Source: Trichinella spiralis (lineage: Eukaryota). Taken from it: a stretch of DNA of 64,000 nt. Below, in pieces: positions 40,230 through 52,756 of this stretch. The translations under genes and the position numbers were made by a program. The notes below the pieces were generated by a model. The model had not been told where the DNA came from, ran no database searches, and saw nothing but the letters and a program-made list of their open reading frames with translations. The DNA is taken from the NCBI RefSeq assembly GCF_000181795.1, contig NW_003526944.1, positions 615,383 through 679,382 on the forward strand, written 5' to 3'. Within the stretch, counting starts at the first letter, position 1. Each line of letters begins with the position of its first letter.

Positions 40230-42312
40230 AAAATTGACCTCATAATTTCTTTTTAATTGCTTCCTTTAATCAAATAATTAAAATTCAGAAAATATTTACA
40301 TTCTACAAAATAATAATAGTATATATATGTATATATACAATGGCGCACAAACCTATCTATTCGTTTCAGTCATTAAGAAATATTAATGAATTTATCAATT
40401 TTTCCATGTTTAAACCGTACATTGTAAAATATGCTGTATCATATTCGAAACAGTATTTGTTTGAAATATGCATATCATTCAAAGGTTCTTCCTTCTAAAA
40501 ATTTGCGCAAAGATTGTCTATTACGATTATTCCTCATTTTATTATTTGTTACACAAATCAGAAAGTTAATTAATCCATTAAAACAATATTTGCAACAACA
40601 CTTAACAACATTCGACAAGAAAACAATTTTGATTCTTACAAAACAAACAAATTAGCTTCCTACAGTACACAATTAAATTATTACAAAAGAACAAAAAGTT
40701 GTTCAACTTGTTCAAATTTCGTTTATTGTCCTTATTATTAGCATCTTGTGTATTTGTGCTTTTTTCTTTTGTTTGGGAGGCAGATTGTGAGTGACTTTCA
40801 AAACAGTCATAAAAAATTTCGCATCATTCACAACAACACAAGCTACTGGGATAGAGAAAATGAATTGAGTTACATTGGACAATTATTTAAATCAACCAAG
40901 CGTTTTTCTGATTACTGCCTCATTTAGGAAATCTCATCTTTACAAATGCTATGAAAAATTCGATAAATAATTCATCTTTCTCAACTGAAAATATCAATTT
41001 CTATATTGTTCAACATTTGAAACATTAATATTTATGCTACTTGAACCATTTATAGCGCTATACAATGTATGTCTAGTTAAGAACATTCAATTGCATATGG
41101 AAGCTGAAAATTTGTACAATATCATGTCATTTCAATAAATTAATTTAATAGGAAGCAAAAAATTTCAGGTAATAAAAGCCTTCTTATCCAATGTATTTAT
41201 TATTTAAATCATTTTCTGTTGCATGCTACAAGTATTTGAGCATACAATGCACAGCTAATGGAGAGTAAAGATATTTTTTCTGAAAAATAACAAATCAAAG
41301 CATATTTTAGAAAAATTAAATATACATTAAATAGACAGCTATGAACAATGGGCATGATAATGAGAAGCGAATGAATGTTTTGCTTAATTTGATTTACATG
41401 AACAGAGATTTTAAAAACTAGATTTGATTTAAGCAATGCTGTTTAATTAAATTTGTTAAACAGACAGCTAAATCGCTGCGTTCATAATGTTGTAGCAATG
41501 TATCTTTGAACAAACAGTGACCCAAAACTATTTGCTATTAACTGATTGAAAATCATTATTAAATTACAATATTTTTGAATAGGTGTTATAAAATCTGCCA
41601 GCAGATAATAATATTCAACGAACAGCATACATATATAATTCAACCCTGTCACTAATATCCTGCTCAGTATACAAAATGGCAAGCATAACTGTTCAATAAT
41701 TCACATAATTAAGGCCAATTAAAGGTTTATTAAATGCAAATCATTAAATTGAACAATGCTGCTTATAAAAAAAGGTTTCATTAATGAAATAGACTGCTGT
41801 GACAAAACAATAAAAGTTATCGCATGCATGAATAGTAAGAAAAATTGATCGACGCTTACAAAATCAAGTCAAATAAGGCGATGTCTTACATTTCTCAAAT
41901 TTAAGCATAAATCAGAAATTTGTGAATTCATTGAAAATGTCCAATACTTTCAGACAAATTGCAGAAGAGTTACAAGCAAAAATTAAAGAATTACAGACAT
42001 TCAGCCCATTTTAAACATAACCCACCAATGAATGTATAACTGTTTTCTATTTTAAATTTTCTTTCTCAATAAGCTGGCAATATGTTGCATTTTAAACGAT
42101 CAAACTGAAGTGCATTAAATTTTCTTTGCGTATTATCGCATAAAGTTTGAACTCAGTCGTTTCTCAAAAACGGTATATTGCTAATTAATGATAAATTATA
42201 TATCAAAAGTAATTAAATGATAATAATATGCCTTGTTTCATATAGGTAATGTATAGAATAATAAAGCTAAGCAAATAACCAATCTTTTATTAATTCTAGG
42301 AATAACGCAGTT

Positions 42313-44793
42313 ATGTTAAAGATATTCATTTGGATACTATCGATAGAGTTATACAATCCATCTGAAGTTCATTCTGCACTTACACTGGAAATGGTCCAAG
42401 TGGTATGTAAAGCAATTTTCACAAATTTAAATAAACAATTTAACAGACATTAAGGCATCACTGATAATAAATGCTGGAAGTGAAAAAAAAACAAAACTCA
42501 TATAAAACCATTTCATTTCTGTATTGAGCCGCAAATGTAAAAGTTCACAATAAAAATTGATTTGCAAAAACAAACACGCACATACATTTTCAATTAATTA
42601 ATTAAATTGTGCACAAATTCCAATTACTATTTCTCAGAATTCAAGAAGGGACCTGTCGCTTCTTAAAATTATAACATCTATGCCATAAATGTTAATGCTA
42701 TTCAAAACTGGCTTGAAATTGAAGCATTAATAAGATTACATCAGATATGGCGCCATGGACATAGAACGCCTACAAGATTTATTGCATCTGATACTGCAAA
42801 CCGAGAAGACACGTGGATTCCAGGTCCAAGAGAGCTCACGAAAGTAACAATATTGATCAACAGTGACAAGTGTTAAAAGTTCTTTTTACATTTTAAGAAA
42901 GGTATGAAACAGCAGTTTCTACTTGGAAGGATACTGTCGAATCGTTACATGAATGAAATACCTGTAGTTGACAAAAGCAAAGCATGGCAACAGGTTGCTA
43001 TTAAGCATATGCAGTTTAAATGAGACTGAACATAAAATTATTTCAGATTTATATACGAAGTTCTAATTTCAATAGAACTATTTTGAGTGCTTTGAGTAAC
43101 TTAGCTGCCTTCATGAGTAATGTGACTTCTTTACAACCAAGATTTAACGAATGGCCTAAAAGATGGATTCCTATTCCAATTCATACTGAAGATGACTGGG
43201 TCAGCATTTGTTACTTATATTTTCATTGATTTCATAGATTTACACACAAATTGCACTCTTCATAAGGATACATCTGTAACGGTTAAATTTATACTTTTAT
43301 AATTCACTAAATTTTAGATACTTAAACCGCTTTCAGACTGTCCAACAGCTGCGAAATCGCAAATGGACAACGTTGTTTTAACAGAGGAATACCAAGAAAT
43401 TGAGGAAAACAATACTGAATTTTTCAAATTTTTACAAAATGTTACAGGCATATCTAAAATCAATCTGGCCAACATCTATGCAGTGCATGATTCATTGCAA
43501 ATAATTGTAAGTATTACAAGTATTTTTTCATAATCATTTCTGACCGTTATATGCATGATGTCATGCTTTTGCATTAGTAAAATGATTTTTCAGACGCATC
43601 ATGAAACTTGATTCAATCAAAATTAATCAGTCACTTATATCACAACAAATTTTTAATATTTAAATTGAGTAACTATTTGCATGCCCCGTTGTCAGATTTT
43701 ATATTATATCATAGCACGGTCGAACATTTCAGAAAGAAGGAAGTCCTGAAGATTGGGAACCTGAAGATCATCCTTGGCCGGCCTGGGTCAATGAAGAAAT
43801 ATATCAGAAAATAGATTATTTAAGACGATACGGAAACGGTTATTTGTTTGCCAATGAAAACGTCCGCCGTCTCAGAGCTGGTCTTAAAATTTGTTCAACA
43901 CCATACATGATCATATAATTTGCAAAAAAAACAACAATGTTTAGGACCTCTGCTTCAAGAAATCATTTCTCGTATGCGTGATAAAGCAGAAAGTTTAACA
44001 AATCAAAAACAGAATTCCAGTTCATGGATTCACAGACTGAAATATTATGCATATTCAGCAGTAATGATTACTTTGAAACATAACAACTAGAATTATGATC
44101 ATCATATTTTCATGCTTTTAGCATGACCTCAATATATTAATTCTGATGCAAATGTTTGGAGTTAAAGAGTGGCTGGCAAAGAAAGTCGACATGCCAGGTT
44201 TTGCAAGCTGTTTGGCATTTGAACTGTGGAAAACTGATGATAACCAACTAGAAGTTAAGGTATCAAAATTATACATTAATAACTCATTCACTGAATATTC
44301 ACTCTCATATTTCAATATCTTAATTTAGAATATAATCACACCAATAAACATTTGCAACAGCAAAACTACAAATTAATAAACATGTGCTTTATCAAAAAAG
44401 AAATACTTTACTTTTAATGTTTAGATTTTCCTAAGAAGAGGACCACTTGATTCAAACTTTGAGCAGATCCAAGTGCAGGGCTGCCCTCTATTGCCCAATG
44501 GATGTCCTTTAAATTTGTTTGAAGAAATTAATGAAAAATATGTTGTTCATGATTGGAATACAGAGTGTGGTCTATCATCTGCTGAAACCTCATATCATTC
44601 ATTTTCAATCGTCGGTAATGCTCAGTATACCAAAATTTGAAATCGTTTTTCAAACACTTTCCTTTTTTATTATTTATTTCTTATATCTTATTTATCAAAC
44701 AGTAAAATATTTCGAATACTTTTATAAATTGAATAAATTTTAGGTTTTTGCTTTGCTCTGTTATGGATACTGCAAGAAAAATGTGCCGTATAA
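42313..44793 (+). CDS. Histidine acid phosphatase (lysosomal/prostatic ACP2/ACPP-like), copy 1, multi-exon
   Basis: Signal peptide exon 42313-42402; IWRHGHRTP motif at ~42745; IYIRSSNFNRTILSA; YYAYSA|HD split by an intron; GCP...CPL; hydrophobic C-terminus GFCFALLWIL; stop at 44791-44793. Confidence 0.9.
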
Positions 44794-45596
44794 AATGTTT
44801 ACACTCATTCTTATTTCTGGAATAATGTCAAGAAAAATTACACAAGACTGCACTAGTTTCCACGGAATATGTTAGGTCTGCGTTTTTTGGTTTTATTTTA
44901 CAACCATATTTGAAGTGAAACATGAAGAAGAGCCTTTTTTACCATACCCACGATAAGTACTCGCTGGTTCAAATCTGTTCAATTCAATTTGAAGTATTCT
45001 ATAGAGAATAAATTTTACATAAAATCAATATTTATTTTTTAATGAAAAACAAATCGTTACATAAACGCACACACACACACATATATATATATATGGACAT
45101 CCTTTTCCTACATCAATAAAAACGTAAATGCTTTTAAAAACTTTATTACTGAATTGAATTCTTTCGTGTTGCATCCAATATTTACAAAACTTAGCATATC
45201 ACGTCAGCATTAGTGTTATATCTGCCAAGTAGATTTTATCATAAAATCCTAATTTATTATGATAAAAGAATGATCAAACACGACTGCAGTATAATTTATC
45301 GTTGCAACTGTTGACATAACTGCTAATCAGTCAATTCAGAGATTGATAAAGAACATCACGGAAAGTTTTCCACCTTTGCTACTTAAATTTTATTTTTCAA
45401 ATTGGAAGTGAGTTATTTTCCGGAAACGGTGGCAATGTGCAATAAAATTTCAATATTGTTTACATCTAAATGATATTTTACACTGAAGGGAAATTTTGTT
45501 GTGTGTATCAAAAAAATTCAAATTAAACTGCACGTTGTAAATATTAACCTCCTTATTAATAAACATATATTTAGGAAGAACGACTTAGTAGTCACC

Positions 45597-48098
45597 ATGG
45601 CAAGATATTTCGCAGAATTGCTTCTCATTCTACTTCATATTACGCATACTTCTTCCACACCTACATTAGAGCTAGTGCAAGTGGTAAAAAAGATTTTTTT
45701 TTTACATCATAGCACATCTAGATGAAAAAGGACTGAAAAAGGACAATATAATTCAAAGAATAATTTCTCTAAATTCAATAGTGCTTTAAGAGTGCTGTGT
45801 TTTTATTTAGTTTCAATTAATTATAAGTAATATACTTTATCACATCTCAATTCTATAACACAATTTCAGTACTTAAACGCAAGCTTTTTACAAACGAATC
45901 GTTTTATAGATCTAAATGTTTGGTATAAATTTAAGGCAAAAGATTTGTAATTTGCATGATTATGATTAACTGAATAAATGAACTATTGAACCAAACCTAA
46001 CTCTGCTATCAATATTTATTGTGGGCATTAACGAACAGATATGGCGCCATGGTCACAGAACACCAGTGAGAAGAGTTACCTCGCTCAAAGCAAATGATAC
46101 GAATAGGTGGATTCCTGATTTAGGTGAACTTACAAAGGTAAACAAATTATTACAGTAAATACTAAACTTTTCACATGAATGTTTACTTTACGCTATCAGA
46201 AAGGTATGAAACAACAATTTTTACTCGGAACAATACTGGCAAATCGTTACATGAATCAAATCCCGCTAATCGAAACTAACACTGCTTGGAAGCACGTATG
46301 TAGACTGTTAATTTTCAATAAACTTCCGCCGCAATATTTGGTCGCTTTTTATACATTAACAGATCTACATCAGAAGTTCCAATTATAACAGAACTATTGT
46401 TAGCGCCTTGAGCAATTTAGCCGGCTTTATGCACAATTCAACTTCTGGTTTACCAAATGTTCACGATTGGCCACAAAAATGGTCACCTATCCCAGTGCAC
46501 ACTGAAGAAGAATGGGTATGATAAAATCAACCAAATGAACGCGCTTATCTGTTTCACATATGCACCATCATCACGATGCAACATAAGATTTTGCCTTGAT
46601 AGGAATAGTTCATTACTGAAATTTCTTTAATTTTTGCTCAGAAATATTTTTCACAAATAAAAAAGTAAAATAATACTTTTTGTAATTCAAAAATTTTCAG
46701 AAATTGAGAATGCTACGTGAATGTCCGGCTGCAGTAGAAGTTAAAAAAGAAAAAGTTATTGCAACTGTAGAATATCAAGCATATGAAACAAACAACACTG
46801 AATTTTTCAAATTTTTACGAAATATGACAGGAATTCCAAATATCAATTTGGAAAACATCTATTTAATAGACGATTCACTACAACTCATTGTAAGTATGAA
46901 AAACCTGTCAATTTTCAATCAACAATTTCTACACAAATACGCAAATTCATTTTGATAAAAACATCACGGTGTTTTCTGTATAATTTTCAAACTGAACTCA
47001 TTTCTCTGTGTGCTGATGAAGAACAAATGATAAAGCTTACTTTACAGAGCTTACAAAGCTGATTTTAGAAGGAAGGAAGTCCTGAGGACTGGGTGCCTGA
47101 AGATCATCCCTGGCCAATTTGGGCGACTGAAGAAGTCTATGAAAAGATCAAAACACTGAGACAGCATGGAAATGGATTTTTATTCGCAGACGAAGAAATT
47201 CGTCGACTTCGAGGAGGTAATAAAGCAGATGTGTTGCCCTGGATTAACAAAATTCTCATTCATTACTCGGATAACAATCTTCAGGTCCACTATTGCAAGA
47301 AATTATTGAACGCATGCGACAAAAAGAAGCAAGCTTGACCAATAAAAATCTCATTTCACCAAAATGGATTCGTAACTTAAAGTATTATGCCTATTCTGCA
47401 GTAATTATTCCAAAAAAAACACTACAACTATAAATAATTCATAATTTTCGCAATTATCCTCTTAGCACGACCTCAATATATTGCTGTTGTTACAAATGTT
47501 CAAAGTTGAAGAATGGTTGCAGAAAAGTGTAAGCATGCCAGACTTTGCGAGCTGTCTATCAATAGAACTCTGGAGAACTGACAACAACACTATGGAAGTA
47601 AAAGTGAGTGAGTACGCAAGTTAAAAGTAAATGATTTTCTTCGAAATTTTTATAATAATTTCATTGCATATGTTTTAAAAGAGGAATTTGTTGAATGACA
47701 GATAAAATTTCAAATGAACAGGTCTTCCAACGTCTGGGGCCCACAGAAATGGTTTTTCAGCCTGTTCAAGTAGGTGGATGTCCAAAATTACCCAGTGCAT
47801 GCCCGTTGGAACAATTTGAAGAAGTTTTCCAAAAGTATTTTATTAAAAATTCTTGGATAAATGAGTGCACAGCTCAGTCAGCTGCTACTTCATCATTACA
47901 GCATTCATTTTTATCCGCAGGTAATCATCAATATCCCATTCAGTTATTAATTTTACAAAAAGAAAGAATTTCAAAATCTGTATCCTCTTTCACTCACATA
48001 TTTTACAAACTTACACTTAAAAATTTTATATTTTAGGAGTATTTTGTCTTATATATTGGATTCTATCTGAAAAGATTTTCACCAAGCTAACAATATAA
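45597..48098 (+). CDS. Histidine acid phosphatase, copy 2, multi-exon
   Basis: MARYFAELLLILLHITHTSS signal exon; IWRHGHRTP at ~46039; IYIRSSNYNRTIVSA; YYAYSA|HD; GGCPKLPSACPL; C-terminus GVFCLIYWIL; stop at 48096-48098; same intron positions as copy 1. Confidence 0.9.
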
Positions 48099-51000
48099 CA
48101 AACAAAGCTAACGCTGCCGACACGCGCATAAACTAAACGCTAACCAATAATCAGGTGTCAATTGAAAAATGCGAAACGTAGTATGAATACAAAAAAGAAG
48201 CAATTAAAATTACACAACAATCAATAGATAGTTGGAATGATCATAATGATAAATAAATTGTAATATTATTTTACAAACGAATAAATAAATATTAATAATT
48301 GAAAAGCAGAATGATTTAAAAACTTATTCTCACTCACCTGGCTAAATTGAATGTGAAATGTAAGCTTTTCGTCGCCGTTGTTAATACCTCAATTTACCGA
48401 TTGATTTTTCCGTTGTTGCCACGCTGAGGGAATAAAACCACTAAAAGCAACGATAAATTTGATGCCAATTAACAAACCAGCCGCTCTACTCAAGCAAAAG
48501 ATTGTCAGCAAAACAAATAAAACCATACGTACTTTTAACAATGCACAGAATTAATCAAATACCAAAATGAAATACATTATATCCACACACATATATGTAT
48601 ATATTTATTTAAATGTTGGAAAAAATAGTTTTGAAGAAACAAAAAATCTTTTTTAACTTTTAATAAGTCATGTTTTTTCCTATTCTTAAATAAAAGTTGA
48701 AGTGTGTTTTTCATAAAATGTTGAAATATGATAATATCAATGATGACTTGTAGTTTTTAACTGTAATGTAAATTTTAAATCTGACCGCTCTCATTCTACA
48801 CCAAAAGCATATACTTATACATATAAGCTTGGAATTTCTGCAATGTATAAATGTGAATAAAATAAACAGATATCGTTTATGCTAGAAAATTTTTTTTTAA
48901 ATGTAAATCATTTTAAAGAAAGAAACAATGAATAACATTGCATTCTGTAAACGCAATTTAATTTTTTTGATAAGCTATCAGCGTTTGCCTAGCTGTAGTG
49001 CAAGCGGTTGCTTGCGTTCAGCTAAAAGGACAAATGTGGAAAATTGCTGATGACACCATCAAAAGACAACAGCAGAAAAAGCAAAGAGACAGACAGAGAG
49101 ACATTTTTTTGCAAAGAGAAGAAAAATATTGTATCAGTAATAAATTTGAAATGCAGCAAGGAAGTGTCGTCATTCGACAAATTCCACTTCCAATGAACGG
49201 CGGATGTCCTTCACAACGGCAATAACCGTTTGCTTGTAGTTAGCTGAACCGGAAAATCGTCAATCTGAATGTCGACATCAACATCATTATCATCATATGT
49301 TTATTAACCTGTCTGAATTCGACAATGTCAACGCTTATCTGTCATCACCGGCAGGTAGGCAGTTCAATGTTGACAAAGCTGATTTGCCGTCCTCGATACT
49401 ATGCATATTATTCGGCGTTTTTCAACAAGCAAAACTGTGACCGTATCGTATCATTTTCAATAATACAACTGATGAATAATAAATACATCCCTAGAAACTA
49501 TTTCAACTAGTTTAAATAAGCCACACATTAAAGATGTCAAATGCAAGATAATACAGATGCAAATTTTCCTACTATAAACTGCAGCCATTTGGCTGCTTTG
49601 GAAATCATAAAATCTGTTTCACTTCATGAACCTAAACACTGACAAAAGGAAAATGGAAAAAAAATTTAATCAAATTAAAATCCGTTCAACACGTCATGTT
49701 TCAGTTCAATTGAAAATCAAATTTACAGCCTCTTTCTTTCCAAATTACAGCTGTTTACCTGCTCTGAACAAAGATAAAATTAGCCCACAGATATGATAAC
49801 AGATTCAACAAATATGCAGATTCTGATCGAAAAAAAACATTTTCAAACCAACATAAATACAATTTTTATGATCATTTGATTTTTATGATTATCCCCATTT
49901 GATCATTTTTTCTGCCCAATCTGCTGCCAGATGTGAAACAAGAAATCTCAACATTTCAACAATAATATACTTTCTTTTCTTTAATACATATAAATGTATG
50001 CATATACACCGCTAACAGCAAATTCCACCTATATGTACGGACGTGTAGCATAATAGATTCAATATTTGCAAATGAACAAAACTATTGCCACAGTGTTGTT
50101 CTGATTGTTGCTGCTTATTGAAACAGACTAGAAATCAAATTGATCGCATATATTGCATTCATTTTTGCAACTGTCAAATGCAGCAGCATTTCAAAGTGGT
50201 GCAAAGTATAATAGTTAATAAAGTGGAACATTTTGATCAAAAATTACATTTCAAAAATATAAATAATAGTTTTGTCTAACTTTCAACAAGGCAAAAGGCC
50301 ATTTATTGCTTGAAAAATGTAACGCTTCATACCTTTTCAAAAAGCCCAAATAAATGCAGTTCATAAAAGGAGCTTAAAATAGACTTGAACTCGTAATAAT
50401 AATAATATTATGATTATTAATTAAATGAAATATTGCCCTTTTTTTCCGTTTCCACTTGAACACATCAATAACACTGCAGAAAAGCAATTAACGAGCTTAA
50501 TAAGTTTCCAGTTAACTATTTTGCAGTTTCATCAAAAAATACACATTAAAAGATTTTCATCTTCATCTACACACAATATTCCGACAAATTGACAGCAACA
50601 AAAATGAAAAATTAAATTTTTATGCGGTTAAGTAAAAAGAACAACAAGCTGAAAAGAAAGAAGAAGCTAACAACAAGACGGCAGTGACATTGTAAATGAA
50701 TAAAAATCATTTTTTCCCTCTACAATATTAAGAACAGTTGGTTTTTGGTTGCTTGGCGATTCGATGTTGCAGCTTTGGGAAAATTCAAAATCAAACAATG
50801 TAAAAAAGTACAAAAAATGACAATTTTTAAACAACCGTTGCGATTTAAATTTTCCAACAGCAACGCTTCAATTGAAATTGGTCAACAAAAAACCTCTCTA
50901 CATCCACAGATGTGGAAAAAATGAAAATACCATCTGAGCACAAAATTGTCAATATTGACAAGCAACAAATTGAATTTCAAGTGAAAATTGAAAATCCGCC

Positions 51001-51160
51001 TCTATTATAGAATAAAATAAAATAACCTGTGCCGTCATGAAACTTCCCACTATTTGAAAAGCAAAAAAATAACAACAACAACAACAACAAACAATCAGGC
51101 AGTTGCTGCTAATTTGCAAAGGAGAAGAAGGTGAATGAATCAATGCTCGCACCGTCGTGA

Positions 51161-52756
51161 TTAATGTTTGAAAAAACTAAACCGTTGATTATTCAATCTG
51201 GCTTTCTTGTACGCGTCGGTCAACAGTGCCGACTGGTGACCAAAAGGCAAATGGTCAAGCTTGTCACTGAGGAGCAGATCAAGCAGACGATCGGCTTTTT
51301 GCAATTCTGAAGAAAGAAACGGAACACGCACCACCTCGGCCACATCATCGGCTCGTCTAGACTGCTGCTGCTGGTGGTGGTGGTATTGGTGAGGTTCCAA
51401 ACAACCAGAGGGCAGATCGATGTAGCTCGAAGCAGAATTGACCGCTTCCACTGGTGGACTGTGGGTTTTCAACCGCTGCTGACCGACGCACGTATAGCGA
51501 CCGGGCTTGTTCTGGCCAATCACCAAATCGACGTAGGTGCCGTTGCTTTCGGCGAGAACTTGTTGCTCCAAAGTCCAAAAAATGCGCAACGCGAACTCCA
51601 ATCCAGGAATGGCCACAAATCGGCACCTCAACACTTGCACCGACCCACACTGGACCAATGGGGGCCAGATTTCAGTACGGGGATTCCAGAGGAGCACCAG
51701 ACCGGCACTTCTGGCAATGAGCTGCGCCCTGGATCGGTCGCGAAGCGAGCAGACCAATTTCAACAGCTCACTGCCGGCACCGTCGTCGTTGAACCTGGCC
51801 AACTGGGGCGAGGCACCCTGCAGGCGCACCGAATCCAACGCCACCCCAGACCGACCGAGCAGATCGCAGTCCACCGAACCACCTCCCGACCAGTGGATCA
51901 TCGCCAACACGAAGTGGTACTTGTTTTGCTGCACCGCGGCGGCCGAATCGTGCTCCAGACGATTCCAGCGCATCGTCGCCGCTGCATCCAACAGACGCAC
52001 GTCCAAAAATGCATCGGCGGTGGAACAGCGAAAATCGCCGGTCACCTCGTAGTGGACCTCACGACCCATGGCGACCGCGTGGCATGTGGTCGGTGCCGCT
52101 TGTTCGACGACAAACTCGTGTCCGTCGTCCAAGCCGGCAAGCATGCACGGCTTCCAAATATCCAAGCCACGCTGCACAGATTGCAAATACGAACACCAGT
52201 GATGTTTCATGTGGTCGCAGTATCTGACACTCTGATCCGGGTAGACAATGCAGAACGACGAGAACCGATCGCCGCACAAACTTGGTCTGCCGTTCTCGTT
52301 GTCCGAGCAAAATCTTGGAAACGAGCCCGACCATTGTGCGGCACTTTCCGCTTCAACAACGCCGTCGACATCCATTAGCTGACAAGAATAATAATAATTA
52401 TTATTATTACCAATTTGACCAACAATTGATCCTTTCATCCGGAGATCGTATTGTATCCAATCACCACCGACAATTTCACTCTCAGCTAGCACATGCTGAA
52501 CAACAGTAGAAGAAAGCTGCACGAGACGAAGCTTCGTACCAGCCGGGCAACTGTCATTTGCACAGGAACACTTCAACCTCACCGTGGATTGATTGTGCAA
52601 GAAGTAAACATCCGTATTATATTTATCCAACAGGGACACTTCAAAAATGATAAGCTGCGTTGAAGAAGGAGAAGAAAATGTGCTGCCGGCGAACAGCAAC
52701 AACAAAGTTGCAAATCGGAACACTTTTATCGATAGCAACTTGTTGTTCAGACACAT
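51161..52756 (-). CDS. Single-exon secreted Cys-rich protein with probable Ig-like domains (~531 aa), family unknown
   Basis: Long GC-rich ORF; likely ATG at 52756 (MCLNNK...FATLLLLFAGSTFS signal). Ig-like patterns VRLKCSC...YYYSCQL and VLRCRF...IFWT...PGRYTCVG; no TM segment evident. Confidence 0.65.
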   Translation of the reverse strand: MCLNNKLLSIKVFRFATLLLLFAGSTFSSPSSTQLIIFEVSLLDKYNTDVYFLHNQSTVRLKCSCANDSCPAGTKLRLVQLSSTVVQHVLAESEIVGGDWIQYDLRMKGSIVGQIGNNNNYYYSCQLMDVDGVVEAESAAQWSGSFPRFCSDNENGRPSLCGDRFSSFCIVYPDQSVRYCDHMKHHWCSYLQSVQRGLDIWKPCMLAGLDDGHEFVVEQAAPTTCHAVAMGREVHYEVTGDFRCSTADAFLDVRLLDAAATMRWNRLEHDSAAAVQQNKYHFVLAMIHWSGGGSVDCDLLGRSGVALDSVRLQGASPQLARFNDDGAGSELLKLVCSLRDRSRAQLIARSAGLVLLWNPRTEIWPPLVQCGSVQVLRCRFVAIPGLEFALRIFWTLEQQVLAESNGTYVDLVIGQNKPGRYTCVGQQRLKTHSPPVEAVNSASSYIDLPSGCLEPHQYHHHQQQQSRRADDVAEVVRVPFLSSELQKADRLLDLLLSDKLDHLPFGHQSALLTDAYKKARLNNQRFSFFKH

